Positions 61,700-64,000 of a DNA stretch of 64,000 bases are shown piece after piece (positions within the stretch are counted from its first letter, which is position 1; every line of letters begins with the position of its first letter). The position numbers and the translations under genes were made by a program. Under the pieces are notes generated by a model. That model had not been told where the DNA came from. It made no database searches and saw only the letters and a list, made by a program, of their open reading frames with translations. The stretch is taken from NCBI RefSeq assembly GCF_006345805.1, contig NC_043013.1:27838001-27902000 (forward strand), in the 5' to 3' direction. The stretch comes from Octopus sinensis. Its lineage: Eukaryota.

Positions 61700-61761
<62 letters not shown>

Positions 61762-61770
<9 letters not shown>

Positions 61771-62930
61771 ATGTATGTATACATACACACATGCTTATAT
61801 ACGCATATACATAGTGCACCTGAGCCCTGTATACAATAAGTTTATCATTATATCATATATATACACATACATATACATACACACAGACACACATTACAGG
61901 GGAGAATACATGTATTTTATGTGTATACATCTAGGTAGATACAAAGCCTACAGATGAACACATAGAGCCACAACACAAACACACAGCAAGACTAAAGTGA
62001 GTTAAGCAAGTGAGATGTTGAGCAGATGAAAACTAAAGTTTACAGACAAGACATAAATCAAAAGCAACATAACTCATTCACTTCCCTCTCTTTCTCTCAC
62101 CACTACACACACACATGTGTGCATACACACACACACACATATATATAGAGAGAGGTGGAGTGAAGGGAGAGATACACACATACTCACACAACTGCACATG
62201 AATGTCTCTGTGCATGTGTGTATGTGTGTGTGTATACATATACATTTATTTAACTTCAAGGATTTACAAAACAACATAAATACATAAATAATGCAAAATA
62301 ACATTTGACCGATAAATGAAAAGAACAAAAGCAATAATCAATTTTTGAAAGAATAACAGAGAAGTTGATCACGTCTGGGAGGGAAATACACGCAGAATCA
62401 TTGGCTGACCAAAATAACACCAATATGAATTAGTTGAACAATGTAATGTAATTTATACCCATGTAGGCATGACTTTGCAATCACATGGTTTTGGGTTCTG
62501 TCCCACTGCATGGCACTTTGAGCAAGTGTCTTCTACTAGAGCCTTGAGATGACCAATGCTTTGTGAATGAATCTTGTTGACTGAAACTGCATGGAAGCCT
62601 GTTGCATATCATCATCATTATTATTGTTTAAAGTCTGTTTTCCGTGCTGGCATGGGTTGGGCGGTTTGACTGGGGACTGGGAAGCCAGGAGGCTGCACCA
62701 GGCTCCAATCTGATCTGGCAATGCTTCAACAGCTGGATGCTCTTCCTAATGCCAACGACTACGAGAGTGTAGTGGGTGCTTTTTATGTGCCACTGGCACA
62801 GGAGCCATACAGGCAGCACTGGCATCAGCCATGTTTGGATGGTGCTTTTTACGTGCTACCAGCACAGGCAATGACCTACGCATGAATGGTGCTTATTGCA
62901 TATGTATATATATATATCTATATATATATA

Positions 62931-63019
<89 letters not shown>

Positions 63020-64000
63020 ATATATATATATGTGTGTGTATGTATGTATACATACACACATGCTTATATACGCATATACATAGTGCACCTGAGCCTGTAT
63101 ACAATAAGTTTATCATTATATCATATATATACACATACATATACATACACACAGACACACATTACAGGGGAGAATACATGTATTTTATGTGTATACATCT
63201 AGGTAGATACAAAGCCTACAGATGAACACATAGAGCCACAACACAAACACACAGCAAGACTAAAGTGAGTTAAGCAAGTGAGATGTTGAGCAGATGAAAA
63301 CTAAAGTTTACAGACAAGACATAAATCAAAAGCAACATAACTCATTCACTTCCCTCTCTTTCTCTCACCACTACACACACACATGTGTGCATACACACAC
63401 ACACACATATATATAGAGAGAGGTGGAGTGAAGGGAGAGATACACACATACTCACACAACTGCACATGAATGTCTCTGTGCATGTGTGTATGTGTGTGTG
63501 TATACATATACATTTATTTAACTTCAAGGATTTACAAAACAACATAAATACATAAATAATGCAAAATAACATTTGACCGATAAATGAAAAGAACAAAAGC
63601 AATAATCAATTTTTGAAAGAATAACAGAGAAGTTGATCACGTCTGGGAGGGAAATACACGCAGAATCATTGGCTGACCAAAATAACACCAATATGAATTA
63701 GTTGAACAATGTAATGTAATTTATACCCATGTAGGCATGACTTTGCAATCACATGGTTTTGGGTTCTGTCCCACTGCATGGCACTTTGAGCAAGTGTCTT
63801 CTACTAGAGCCTTGAGATGACCAATGCTTTGTGAATGAATCTTGTTGACTGAAACTGCATGGAAGCCTGTTGCATATCATCATCATTATTATTGTTTAAA
63901 GTCTGTTTTCCGTGCTGGCATGGGTTGGGCGGTTTGACTGGGGACTGGGAAGCCAGGAGGCTGCACCAGGCTCCAATCTGATCTGGCAATGCTTCAACAG
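61762..64000. repeat. Near-identical tandem duplication, unit about 1268-1269 bp, second copy runs off the window
   Basis: Track ORFs repeat at an offset of 1268 (62074/63342 and 62536/63804). The only difference I noticed is GAGCCCTG versus GAGCCTG. The units are bounded by (TA)n arrays. Confidence 0.95.

Noticed and set aside
55943-64000. MBD-domain exons of the MBD5-like gene
   Set aside because: No segment resembling the MBD5 N-terminal domain (GWQR..Y.SPSG..CKCGLECP) was found. They are probably outside the window, though a very short exon could have been missed.

Overview
Eukaryotic, very AT-rich genomic DNA packed with microsatellites and SINEs. The repeat families and simple-repeat load look like an octopus (coleoid cephalopod) genome; this is inferred by pattern recognition, with no database search. 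One protein-coding gene is well supported: the 3' part of an MBD5/MBD6-family (Drosophila sba-like) gene on the minus strand. It has four coding exons (55942-51209, 44837-44677, 36749-36637, 33505-33364) that splice in frame through canonical GT-AG sites. They encode a huge low-complexity region carrying the FPAS.LLSAAA.AQ motif, followed by a PWWP domain. I could not find the MBD-domain exons, which probably lie beyond position 64000. The rest is intronic or intergenic: at least five SINE families, CR1-like and RTE-like LINE remnants, a Tc1/mariner remnant, a non-autonomous Helitron, several fold-back/MITE-like palindromes and near-identical tandem duplications. The most interesting signal is a set of minimal type-I hammerhead ribozyme motifs of the kind known from Penelope-like elements. 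They occur in a perfect 220-bp-arm palindrome (18845-19291), in solo ~200 bp elements set in (TA)n, and in a family that fuses a tRNA-derived Pol III head (A and B boxes) to a hammerhead-bearing tail and inserts as back-to-back inverted dimers with target-site duplications (37796-38293 and 13856-14237). No ribozyme activity has been tested; these are sequence-level predictions.
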